A DNA stretch of 25,838 nt from a virus. Taxonomy: Duplodnaviria; Caudoviricetes. The position numbers and the translations under genes are program-made. Shown here piece by piece: positions 9,901-17,982 of the stretch (positions within the stretch are counted from its first letter, which is position 1; each line of letters opens with the position of its first letter). Where the stretch lies: positions 1-25,838 of the IMG/VR virus record IMGVR_UViG_3300027801_000142, one strand, 5' to 3'. The notes beneath the pieces were generated by a model, which saw only the letters and a list, made by a program, of their open reading frames with translations, searched no databases and was not told where the DNA came from.

Positions 9901-12900
9901 TATTTTTAGGATTAAGCGGAGGTGTTTCGCTTAAAAACTTTTGAAATTTAACATCTTGTAGTGCATAGTCAACAAACTCAAATACATTTTCTAACTCACG
10001 CCCAAACCTATCTCCAGATACCTCTAAAGCTTTGTTATATATATCATTTATATACCGACCTGCTTCATTTTTTGGTTTGCCGTTAGGGGTAAAAGCTTTA
10101 TCCATTTTTCTACCTTGAGTAGCATGAATAGCTTCATGTATTATAGTGCCTATATTAGCATTAGGGTGTACACGCACAGCATTAGTTGAAATTGAAAAAC
10201 CTCCATAAGCTCCTCTAATATTTTCTACACTAAACTTAGTAGTTTCTATATTTGGTATGTTAAGCATTGTGTCAAGCAGTATATTTTCTACTTCACTTAA
10301 GTCACTTTTAAAATCTCTTTTAAGTATTTGTAAAGCTCTTTTTAAATTTTTAACATACTTAAATTTTTCTATTTGTTCTGGACGTCTTACAAATTCGTCG
10401 TTTGATAGGCTGTAATACTCGTCAGAGTCAGGATCGGCTTCTTTAGCTTCTTGAATAATCTTTGACTCTTCTCTTCTCTGTTGTGCTAAGGACTCTATTT
10501 TTGATGGCGCTTCTTCTACTACTGGAGCCTTTGTTACTTTTGCAGCCACGTCTGCTGCTTGTTCTAGTGCAGCTTCTTCTACTACAGCTGGCGCTACTTG
10601 TGCCTTTGCTTTTGGTTTATTAATTTCATTTAGAATTTTAGAAGCCTCTATTTGTTGAGGGGTGGGGTTGTTAATGCGATTTAGAACGCTATTTAATTCC
10701 CGGCCTCTTGTAGTAGTTACTTCTTCTCCTATAAACTCCCGTGATTGTTTTAAGAAATTATTAGCTATAATAGTGCCAGGCCTGGTGCTCATCGGGTTTT
10801 CTATTTTATCTGACTCTATCATTTTTTTGTGCTGGTTTATAAGTTTTTGAGGTATAGGTTTGCCTTCAAATGCAGGCACTTGTGTTTCTACTACAGCTTC
10901 TTCTACTACAGCTTCTTCTACCACTGCTGGAGCTACGGGCTGTTCTTCTGTTATTTTATTATTTGCCATAGCATTTAATTGCTCAACAGCTGAGGGGATT
11001 GCTCTTACTGGAGCTGCTTGTTCTTCTACTACAGCTTCTTCTACTACTGCTGTAGCTACTGGAGCCACAGGGAATGCCTGTACAGATTCAATACTTTTAT
11101 TGTTTTTTCTTATTGTTTTAGATTGAATGCTAGAGTCTATAGATAAAGCTCTAAATATTTGTTTAGATATAGCTGGAGAAACCTTAAGCGCTTTACTTAA
11201 ATCTGTTATCTTGTATTGTTTTTTAGGGTTAGCTATTAATAAATCTTTAGCTTTATTTATTAATGCAACGTCGAGAGAAGCTTTTCTTCCTCTAGGTCCA
11301 TCATCAACTGGTACACTTGGTCCCAGTCCCGGGGTGTCAGATTTTTTAGGGTCTTGGGTAGCTTTTGGTGATCCCTCTTCGACAGATAAGTCATTGCGTC
11401 CTGCAATTGCAGTATCGACAATAGCGGGGGTTCCTGTAAATTTATATTTGACATTTGGGTTAGCCTCCTGTATTTGAGTTGTGTAATTAGTTATAACTTC
11501 TTCGTTAATTTTACCTTTGTGTTTTTGTAGGGTATCTTCAAACAAAGCAATATTATTAGGGGTTGCAATATTTAAACCCTTTAATCTTTTATGAGCTTTT
11601 GAATTAGGAGTTAATCCGAACGAAGTTAACGTCTTACTATCTAGTATACCTAATATATTTTCTTGTTGACTTATTTTAAAATTTGGAAGTATTTTATCTG
11701 TTTCAGCAAGTAATTTGTTAACAGCATTTATTTGTGCTTTAACATCATTTTTATTTTTTGAGTTGTTAAGTTCGTTAGAAGCTTTATTTATAATATTAAA
11801 AAGCTTTGATTTTTCAGGAGCGTTGTTCTCAAACGTTTTTAAAGTTTCATTGGCTTCAGCTATAGCATCTACAGCCACGGAGTTAACTGCTTCTATGTCA
11901 TTGTTTTCAGCAGCAATAGCTAACCTATTTGCATAGGCTTTATTGCTTTGACGTCTAATATCCTTTAAATCATTTTCTTTTTTTGTTTCTTCTACTTGTA
12001 TTTCGTCTCTTGCTCTACCCCGTGCGCTTACTCCAGAGGCCATACCTAAAGGAAAGAGTAATGACGCACCATATGCTGCCTCTGCATATTCTTTTTTAGC
12101 TTCGTCATTTGTTAAAGGTAAATCCGCGTAAAATCTTTCAAGTGCAGCTTGAGCCATTTCTGTAGTGCCTTCACCTACTATTAGCCTGCCGGCTCCTTTA
12201 GCTATAGCTGCTTTTAAAGATTGTCTAGCTAAACGTTCCCTTGCTTCATTAGTAACTGTTTTAGCTATGTTAATGCCGAGTAGTTTACTTACACCTGAAA
12301 AACCTAAAGCGGCTCTTTCTAAAGCAGCTGTTCCTAAACCAGTAGCTATAGCTCCAAGTTTATCAATGTCAACGTCTTCACCCCTCTTTATTTGCTCTTG
12401 AGCTTTTCTCTCTATAGCGCCACCTGTAGACTGTAAAAACAATCCCATCAAAGAGCCGGCTAATGCGCCAAAAGCTTTAACTTGTGGTGGGCCAGGTAAT
12501 TTGAATCCTAATTTTGCACCCGCCCATATAGATGCAAGTATGGGAGTTTGTTCACCAAAAGCACCTGGAATTTGAGAGGCAACTTCGCCTGTTGCGGATA
12601 ATAGACCTTCTTCATTGTAAGCTTTTTTAACAGCTTCTAAACTTGTAGCTGGTTGTTCTGTTATATTTTGAGTACGTTCTATACCTTCAACAGCGGCTTC
12701 ATCAACATCAACAAAAGGTAATGCGCCTAAAGCAGTTTTAGCTTGGGAAACTAAACGTTTAGATCCGCCTTTTAAACCCTCAAAATAACCAGCCAGTTCT
12801 TTTTCAGGAACTGGATCGGGTGGCGGAGCAAAGTCTTCGTGTTGAGACGTAATAGCGTTAATTATTTCATCTCTAGAAGCCCCTTCAGGGCCTTCTATTT

Positions 12901-12943
12901 CATAAATTTTGCCATTTGGTCCTGGAATTTCATATAAAGGCAT
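6926..12943 (-). CDS. Large internal virion/ejection protein, polyvalent type (zincin metallopeptidase HExxH; LPD38-like C-terminal domain)
   Basis: 2005-aa ORF. N-terminal YEIPGPNGKIYEIEGPEGAS motif and Gly/Ala hydrophobic segments, E..TE..Q motif, TIIHEAIH (HEAIH at 10124-10138), and C-terminal KPTIEVMTNHNFFTGGDIV...SPLSVDHWIKGTTGTAG. Occupies the P22 gp16-like position. Confidence 0.8.
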   Translation of the reverse strand: MPLYEIPGPNGKIYEIEGPEGASRDEIINAITSQHEDFAPPPDPVPEKELAGYFEGLKGGSKRLVSQAKTALGALPFVDVDEAAVEGIERTQNITEQPATSLEAVKKAYNEEGLLSATGEVASQIPGAFGEQTPILASIWAGAKLGFKLPGPPQVKAFGALAGSLMGLFLQSTGGAIERKAQEQIKRGEDVDIDKLGAIATGLGTAALERAALGFSGVSKLLGINIAKTVTNEARERLARQSLKAAIAKGAGRLIVGEGTTEMAQAALERFYADLPLTNDEAKKEYAEAAYGASLLFPLGMASGVSARGRARDEIQVEETKKENDLKDIRRQSNKAYANRLAIAAENNDIEAVNSVAVDAIAEANETLKTFENNAPEKSKLFNIINKASNELNNSKNKNDVKAQINAVNKLLAETDKILPNFKISQQENILGILDSKTLTSFGLTPNSKAHKRLKGLNIATPNNIALFEDTLQKHKGKINEEVITNYTTQIQEANPNVKYKFTGTPAIVDTAIAGRNDLSVEEGSPKATQDPKKSDTPGLGPSVPVDDGPRGRKASLDVALINKAKDLLIANPKKQYKITDLSKALKVSPAISKQIFRALSIDSSIQSKTIRKNNKSIESVQAFPVAPVATAVVEEAVVEEQAAPVRAIPSAVEQLNAMANNKITEEQPVAPAVVEEAVVEEAVVETQVPAFEGKPIPQKLINQHKKMIESDKIENPMSTRPGTIIANNFLKQSREFIGEEVTTTRGRELNSVLNRINNPTPQQIEASKILNEINKPKAKAQVAPAVVEEAALEQAADVAAKVTKAPVVEEAPSKIESLAQQRREESKIIQEAKEADPDSDEYYSLSNDEFVRRPEQIEKFKYVKNLKRALQILKRDFKSDLSEVENILLDTMLNIPNIETTKFSVENIRGAYGGFSISTNAVRVHPNANIGTIIHEAIHATQGRKMDKAFTPNGKPKNEAGRYINDIYNKALEVSGDRFGRELENVFEFVDYALQDVKFQKFLSETPPLNPKNNLNSLWVDMVNAIKRLFNFPNIPNSLLNDYLVIAPDMFDSPLPSMFNKNATSGRQLYQRDINELGEQEAYDPPPSNSNRTFKDFVQGIFNSNSPQDAPKGSLPSKFLRFETAVANSFAPIREKALDASINQAVNDAVTGESRVDIQADVAIQANGFASTSAQLGYVKIDPVTKLATVIEDKNNFDNLFVLVEELSKIAGFGPEGPRKIINRFLGARRFQEENILNEQREAEIEQLELDAKTPNMPKAERKMKLERAANLKNATTYVSPEQLALIPENLEYGNEYPILNEIAEMLKQIQINDINLLESTEVINKEQADYFRNSKGYVPLQRMFNEIEVSNPGVQEYFRGFTDIGQEQKFKGSERQLNDLLDNSLKKHFAIVNSALRNNVSIEAGKFLGITEKNKDGTEVLDAAGKPIVVLHKTIPAKDKYRQEYFAPVVRNGERVYVEYSDTLLAAGMKGPMSPLIETSFFANMATLFRQTITANPVFQTYQVVNDAIGSALYSGVKHPFHLAGRVLKSFPEIIANPNAPILQQMRKAGVTGGYGLTAQEITGKLRRKYNIESEGPIRKSAAYIEDLATYSDLAQRKALFEQVLLETGGVRQPDGTIAGGNQVQAVNSALNIINWQRRGASPAIRLITHTVPFANAYLQGMDILANVAQGKFITPMEKTKARNLFLLTGAKIYVLNLLYTMAVAGDDEYEQMDDREKFRSYMLPGGFKVPVRGELALLLKLIPEGLYNVVTKDGTVNEVDARRIRQAITGSLGEAFFSPNLFPQVFKPTIEVMTNHNFFTGGDIVNPGYRNKETNKQFNENTSELAKLIGHADIISPLSVDHWIKGTTGTAGSLFLYMIDSLANQFYDTKRPETNISRIPVLSAIMYGRNGRSQLTQFYDLADMSLRVTTTLGGYLREGDRKGYLDYREKNKKLIQAKSRINSMKERVKAIRTRRNRVINDDKMTAKAKGIKLEALSKQMYNVVKDVSRLRSRLDLPLFSTM
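10509..11050 (-). repeat. Dispersed and tandem 15-bp repeats encoding (A/P)VVE(E/T)
   Basis: TTCTACTACAGCTTC occurs exactly at 10886-10900, 10901-10915 and 11024-11038, with degenerate copies near 10511, 10571, 10916 and 11039. Seven peptide copies in total. Confidence 0.85.
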
Positions 12944-12945
12944 AT

Positions 12946-14757
12946 TTAATCCTTTGTGGTTCTTACTCTTGGTTGACCAAATTGATTAGCAGCTACATTT
13001 GTTTCCTCACCAAAGAGGGATGCAGGTGTTGGGTATTGTTTCTTAAAGGCTTCTAATTCCTCAGTAGTACGTTCTAATATAAGTTTATTTATAATTTGAC
13101 CATACTCTTCAGCTTGCTTTATCTCAATCTTTTGTTCTGGATACATAGTAGATCTTGATGCGGCAGCAAATTTACCATAGTCAAATACTTTTTCACCGTC
13201 AGCGCCTTCTTTGTAAAAAGCTGGATCTTTCATAGCAGCTGCTAGCGAAACTTCTGGAGCTGTTTTTCTACTTGCGCTTATTTTTGCAGATTCAAGGGTA
13301 ACATCTTTATTTAGATTCGCTATTTGTAATTTTAAATTGTTATCTATTTGTTTATGAAGTGTTTTTTGCTGCGCGTTTAATTCCGCTATGTCAATTGCTT
13401 CAAGACTTTTCTTAGCAGCTGCTATTAAAGTACCTGCTGATTTTACATCATTTTGTTTCATAGCAACAGTTGCACCTTTTAACTGTATATCCATTTTCTT
13501 AAGGTCTCTATCTTCACCTCTTAATCCTTTAAGATCCGCTGCATATTTTCTAACTGCAGGTTCTGCATCAGATATTTTACCGTCTCTAGCCCACAACAAA
13601 CCGGCTGATATTAGTGCCATATTTCCTGCATTTGACTTTTCATCTTTAAGAGCTTCTCTATCTTTACGTAAATCTGTACGTTCTAAAGCAAATGGGTCGT
13701 CTTCCAGTCCTGCAGCCCTGCGTAATTTAGCAACACTCTCTATTGCGGCTTCTTCTGTTGGCACTTGATTTCGATCTCGCCTTTCACCAAACTTATTAAA
13801 TATTTCAGTATCTTGTACTTTATCAGTAACAATATCTTTGATGCCGCCACCCGGTTGTTTTATAGTTTTTTCTTCTAATGTATTCTCTGCTATAATTTCA
13901 GCTAGGCCCTTACCTTCTGGCACAACATCTTTTACTTTTTCAGAAAGTAAAGCTGTGTTTACATTTGCTGTCACAGGTTGTCCTGTCCCTGTGTAATCTA
14001 TTTCATCACCAATAGTTACCTCTTCTAAAGCTTTTTTATTCTCTACTTCTCTTTGGTCAGCAAAATTACGGACATCTTCCTCTGTTATGTCTACTCCTGA
14101 TTTTCTAAAATCATCTGCGTCTAATATTTTTTGTTTTTCTAAATTTCTTGTCTTTAGTTCTGTTTTTGTATCAGCAAATCTATCACCAACACCGGTTATT
14201 AATTGTCCTGATCCATCATATCTAGGGTTATAACTGCTTAAGTAGCTGTAAGGATTTAGGTAACCAACCGAATCACCTATGGCGGTACCTAAAGGGTAAC
14301 CAACTGGGCCGTCTTCAAAACCAAGTTCAGCACCTAAAAATCTATTACGGCTACCTCGAACTAAACTTCCAGTTTCCCCGTCAAATCCAATAATGCCGCC
14401 TTCAGCCATTTTTCTCATGTTACCTGGGTTTAATGAACCTACACCTGACTGTGCAAGCATAGCAGGATTTATATTAGCTTGTGGCTGAGGACTACCAACT
14501 CCAATTTGAGGTGGCGTAGCCTGTGCTTGTCCCATACTTCTTAATCCTCTAGGATCTGTAGGGTTTGTTAATTCTTCAGAAACTGTTTTTTTAGTTTCAT
14601 TTGCTCTAGCTTGATATGCATCTCTATCATCTTTACGTCTTTTTATTTCACTTAAAGCTACAAAACTAGGAACATCAGCTGTAGGGTTTTTAACGTAGTT
14701 AACTAAATCGCTATCAGCAACTCCTTTTAACCTGTCTCTTATCTGTATAATATTCAT
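12946..14757 (-). CDS. Putative internal virion/ejection protein (P22 gp20-like position)
   Basis: 603 aa, helical and charged with one hydrophobic patch (NMALISAGLLWA) and an MAEGGIIGF motif. Lies between two other ejection-like genes. Confidence 0.6.
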   Translation of the reverse strand: MNIIQIRDRLKGVADSDLVNYVKNPTADVPSFVALSEIKRRKDDRDAYQARANETKKTVSEELTNPTDPRGLRSMGQAQATPPQIGVGSPQPQANINPAMLAQSGVGSLNPGNMRKMAEGGIIGFDGETGSLVRGSRNRFLGAELGFEDGPVGYPLGTAIGDSVGYLNPYSYLSSYNPRYDGSGQLITGVGDRFADTKTELKTRNLEKQKILDADDFRKSGVDITEEDVRNFADQREVENKKALEEVTIGDEIDYTGTGQPVTANVNTALLSEKVKDVVPEGKGLAEIIAENTLEEKTIKQPGGGIKDIVTDKVQDTEIFNKFGERRDRNQVPTEEAAIESVAKLRRAAGLEDDPFALERTDLRKDREALKDEKSNAGNMALISAGLLWARDGKISDAEPAVRKYAADLKGLRGEDRDLKKMDIQLKGATVAMKQNDVKSAGTLIAAAKKSLEAIDIAELNAQQKTLHKQIDNNLKLQIANLNKDVTLESAKISASRKTAPEVSLAAAMKDPAFYKEGADGEKVFDYGKFAAASRSTMYPEQKIEIKQAEEYGQIINKLILERTTEELEAFKKQYPTPASLFGEETNVAANQFGQPRVRTTKD

Positions 14758-14770
14758 TTAATACTTACCC

Positions 14771-16054
14771 CTATTTACCTAACATGTTATATAAACCGAG
14801 CCCGGCTAACCCCATACCACCAATTTGAGAAGCTAAACTTGGAGCAGGAGCGTATTGAGTTTGAGTAGAACCTAGTGCACCAGCTGTACCTCTTAGTATG
14901 TTTGATTGATACTCTAAAAGTTTTCTTTGATAGTCCTCTGCTTCTCTAGATTCTTGATAAGCTAAATTATCAATCTCTTGTTGCATTGCTTGTTGTTCCC
15001 CTGCGCTTGCAGCCTGTGCTTTTAATCTTTCTAGATTAGCCATTTGTTCAGTTGCACCTAACTGAGCTTGAGCTTGAGCACCTTGTAAACCAGCACCTAA
15101 CCCTGCTAAACCTACATCCTTTTTTAATCCCGCTCCAAACTGTTGTGATTGTTGTCCTAATTGTTGGGCTTGTAAATCAGCCGCTTGGTTAGCTTGTTGC
15201 ATTTGTAAGTTACGACCTTGATCTGCAGTAAAAGCTTGTTGTCCTTGTTGGTAAGCTTGTTGGCTACCTTGAGCTTGTATTTGTCCTAACTGCATAGCTA
15301 GGTTTCTGTCTGCTTCCCCTTCCATTAAAGCTTGTCGACCGCCACCAAAAGTACCACGACTTATAGAGCCTAATCCTCTTCCTGATTTAGCAATATCACC
15401 TTGTCTTCTAGCTTCATCTAACTGTACATCTGTTACCTGTTGTTGGTACGGATTCATATAAGAAGCCGCAACACCTGGGTCAGTAAATTTTTCGGTTGTT
15501 ATAGATTCTTCAGTAATTGAACCGGGAGTATAACCTAAGGCTCCTGTAATACCACTTGCAGCGGTGCCAGCTGTTGCCATGCTAGCATCTAAACCTGTCC
15601 CTGCTGTGGCAAAACGACCAGGCTGATTTAATCCACCTACTTCAGTTTGAATTGCTGTTTGTTGATCAGTAAAAGGTGCTAATCTTTCTCCTCCATAAGG
15701 AGTAAATTCTTGAACTCCTGTTACATTACCAGCACTATCTGTTTTATAAACTTGTTTACCTGTCTGCTTCATCAACTCTTCATAGAAAGGTTGGGCATAC
15801 TCTGGTAGATCTGAAGAATAAGATTTAGTATCTGGAGCTGGGCCACCGCCACCTTTACCGCCACCAAATTCAACTAAACCTGTACTTGGATTTATAGTTC
15901 CAGAACCACCTACTGATTTAAGTAATCCAGCTTCATAGTCATTAATATGTGCAAGTTGAGTATCACCCATACGCCCTTCAGCAGCTATATCTTTATATAA
16001 ATGCTTAATAAGCCATATTTTTAAACTTAAAGGTATTAATTTTAACAAGTTCAT
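14771..16054 (-). CDS. Putative DNA ejection/pilot protein (P22 gp7-like position) with 63-aa leader
   Basis: GGGKGGGG after the leader, LPEYAQP, YMNPYQQQV and GTFGGGRQAL motifs, Gln/Ala-rich coiled segments, and hydrophobic C-terminus SQIGGMGLAGLGLY. Confidence 0.72.
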   Translation of the reverse strand: MNLLKLIPLSLKIWLIKHLYKDIAAEGRMGDTQLAHINDYEAGLLKSVGGSGTINPSTGLVEFGGGKGGGGPAPDTKSYSSDLPEYAQPFYEELMKQTGKQVYKTDSAGNVTGVQEFTPYGGERLAPFTDQQTAIQTEVGGLNQPGRFATAGTGLDASMATAGTAASGITGALGYTPGSITEESITTEKFTDPGVAASYMNPYQQQVTDVQLDEARRQGDIAKSGRGLGSISRGTFGGGRQALMEGEADRNLAMQLGQIQAQGSQQAYQQGQQAFTADQGRNLQMQQANQAADLQAQQLGQQSQQFGAGLKKDVGLAGLGAGLQGAQAQAQLGATEQMANLERLKAQAASAGEQQAMQQEIDNLAYQESREAEDYQRKLLEYQSNILRGTAGALGSTQTQYAPAPSLASQIGGMGLAGLGLYNMLGK

Positions 16055-16057
16055 AAT

Positions 16058-16480
16058 TTAATTTTCCACTGGTAATTCATAAAATGTAAAGCGTTCTTTA
16101 TAACCGTTGTTTTTCCAAATCTTTTCCCATCCCGGTCTTCCGTATGACTCCATTACATCGCAGTCATTATCTTTTGCAAAAGCTTGTAATACTTTTAAAC
16201 CTATCCAACCCCACTTTTTAAACTCTTTACCACCCAAAAAATGAATTACACATGTTTTTATTTGGGGGTATTGCACAATCTCAGTAACATAGGCTCCATA
16301 TATAATATCATCTTCAAAAGCAATCCAAAGTTGTTGAACTTTAAAATTTTTAATTGCTTCGTTTTTTATGTCATTTGCGGTAAACCTGCCATATGTGTAT
16401 TTAGCAGCTTTTTCCATGTACTTTTCTATTCTAGGCCAAACAATTTCAATGTGCTCTGTAGGCACTAATGATATTTTCAT
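16058..16480 (-). CDS. GNAT-fold/acyltransferase-like virion morphogenesis protein (P22 gp14/T7 gp13-like position)
   Basis: QLWIAF...GAYVTEIVQYP...IHFLGG...L..FAKDNDC..MESYGRPGW.K.....GY follows the GNAT secondary-structure pattern. Directly upstream of the gp7-like gene. Confidence 0.65.
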   Translation of the reverse strand: MKISLVPTEHIEIVWPRIEKYMEKAAKYTYGRFTANDIKNEAIKNFKVQQLWIAFEDDIIYGAYVTEIVQYPQIKTCVIHFLGGKEFKKWGWIGLKVLQAFAKDNDCDVMESYGRPGWEKIWKNNGYKERFTFYELPVEN

Positions 16481-17928
16481 TAAGTAAACATATACCTTTC
16501 TGGGTTAATTTCTTTTCCTTGTGATTCTGTCCCTGTTCTATCTTTTCTAACTCTATCCATCATTGCGTAAAAATGCTTTGCACCTGCTTCAGAAGATCCA
16601 TTTCCCATATGACTTACTACATCAGCTGGAATAACAAATTCACCTTCTGATAATCTAGCTTCTTGCGTTCCGCCAATAGTAGCTGGAATATCATCACTCA
16701 TTCCATCTCCCATTATATTTCCACCACCAAGGTACCCTCCATTATCTAAACCTAATATACCCGCGCTTGTTGAAGAGCTAGAAGGACTTCTACCATAAGG
16801 ATTATTTAAATTTAATGTTGACATACCAGCTAAATTAAGTTGATTTTCTGGACCTCTAAACCTATTATCTTCTTTGTAAGGTGATGCGTCAAAAGGTGCA
16901 TACAAATCGCTTTCTTCAATACCTCCTAAAATACCACCACCGATAGGCATACCAATTTTACCTGCTACTTCAAAGTTAGATAGTGGTTCTCCTGGAGTTG
17001 TAGTATAGCTTTCTAAAGTTCCGTCCGCTGCATAATTATTAACTCGAGTAGGTTGTGCGCCATTTCTAGCTGCAAACCTATCAATACCACCTTCCTCAAA
17101 AAAATCTGAAAAACCTCTACCTGCGTTTTCTGTATTGGTATTAAAGTTTTCTGTAACATTACCAGTAAAAGTATCAAACTTTTGACCTAAACTATTAGGT
17201 TCTGTAATTCTAGCATTCTGCATCATGCTTGTGTTTGTTGGCGCTCTAGGACTAACCGGATTAACTTGGTTCATGTTTGGTCCACCAAAACTATTAGGGC
17301 TCGGCTGTCGGATGTTAGCATTCTGCATCATGCTTGTATTTGTAGCAGGTGCAGGTGTTCCAAATTGAGGAGTTGCAGCTCTAACGTCAAAAGCAGTGTT
17401 AACTTGACCCATGTTAGGCCCCACTGCACCCAATTGATTGCCTCCTGCACTGGCAAACCCTTGAGATGCTAGTGGATCTACACCCATAAGCCCTTGTGAA
17501 GCAACATCAAACGTTGGGGCTGCGGCTGCTACACCCTCAACTCCGGCTGTTACAGGAGCTGCTACTGTTGAAGGAGCGGCCGAAGCAAAACTATTAAATA
17601 ATGATCCTCCACTACCTGCTCCCAATCCAGCCATTAATCCAGCTCCTAAATCTTTTTCAGCTACAGCTGTTGCTCCTCCAACCATCATACCTGCCATAAG
17701 AGGACTCAAACCCGCTGCAGTTAAAGCACCTCCAGCTATCATAGGTAAAAAACCTTTAAGACTAAAAGCTTCAGGCATTCCTGTTTGAGGATTAGTAGTT
17801 AAAGAGGTTCCGTTAGCTTTTGCTAATTGTTGTAAACCCGCTACCTCATTTGGTTGCATATGAACTAAAGTAGTATCGCCATACCTGCCCAAAGAAGCTA
17901 TATTTTTTGCTGTGTCTTGTATTGCCAT
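16480..17928 (-). CDS. Putative internal virion protein with conserved N- and C-terminal modules
   Basis: N-terminal GRYGDTTLVHM...NPQTGMPEAF module, Gly/Ala hydrophobic stretch, low-complexity middle, and C-terminal GDGMSDDIPA...ARLSEGEFVIPADVV...GNGSSEAGA module. Confidence 0.7.
   Translation of the reverse strand: MAIQDTAKNIASLGRYGDTTLVHMQPNEVAGLQQLAKANGTSLTTNPQTGMPEAFSLKGFLPMIAGGALTAAGLSPLMAGMMVGGATAVAEKDLGAGLMAGLGAGSGGSLFNSFASAAPSTVAAPVTAGVEGVAAAAPTFDVASQGLMGVDPLASQGFASAGGNQLGAVGPNMGQVNTAFDVRAATPQFGTPAPATNTSMMQNANIRQPSPNSFGGPNMNQVNPVSPRAPTNTSMMQNARITEPNSLGQKFDTFTGNVTENFNTNTENAGRGFSDFFEEGGIDRFAARNGAQPTRVNNYAADGTLESYTTTPGEPLSNFEVAGKIGMPIGGGILGGIEESDLYAPFDASPYKEDNRFRGPENQLNLAGMSTLNLNNPYGRSPSSSSTSAGILGLDNGGYLGGGNIMGDGMSDDIPATIGGTQEARLSEGEFVIPADVVSHMGNGSSEAGAKHFYAMMDRVRKDRTGTESQGKEINPERYMFT
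17211..17337 (-). repeat. Internal direct repeat, 105-bp period
   Basis: TAGCATTCTGCATCATGCTTGT is identical at 17211-17232 and 17316-17337, within the duplicated peptide TNTSMMQNA. GPNM.QVN and PNS(F/L)G are also each present twice. Confidence 0.85.
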
Positions 17929-17953
17929 TTTAATCCCTATTTATATTAGTTGT

Positions 17954-17982
17954 ATAATACCATGTAACATGCTACGTATAAA
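17954..17982 (-). promoter_or_regulatory. Putative internal sigma70 promoter upstream of the ejection-protein genes
   Basis: The minus strand reads TTTATA-17 bp-TATTAT with an extended -10 TG. It lies in the only sizeable gap (59 bp) of the structural arm, with palindrome CATGTAACATG (17961-17971) in the spacer. Confidence 0.55.

Noticed and set aside
10886-11050. Short direct repeats as a possible CRISPR array or replication iterons
   Set aside because: The units are 15 bp, in frame and encode peptide repeats. There are no unique regularly sized spacers and no cas genes.
8484-13768. Several plus-strand ORFs within the 2005-aa and 603-aa genes
   Set aside because: Antisense shadows in register with long coding frames, with Ser/Leu/Phe-rich composition typical of non-coding reverse frames.
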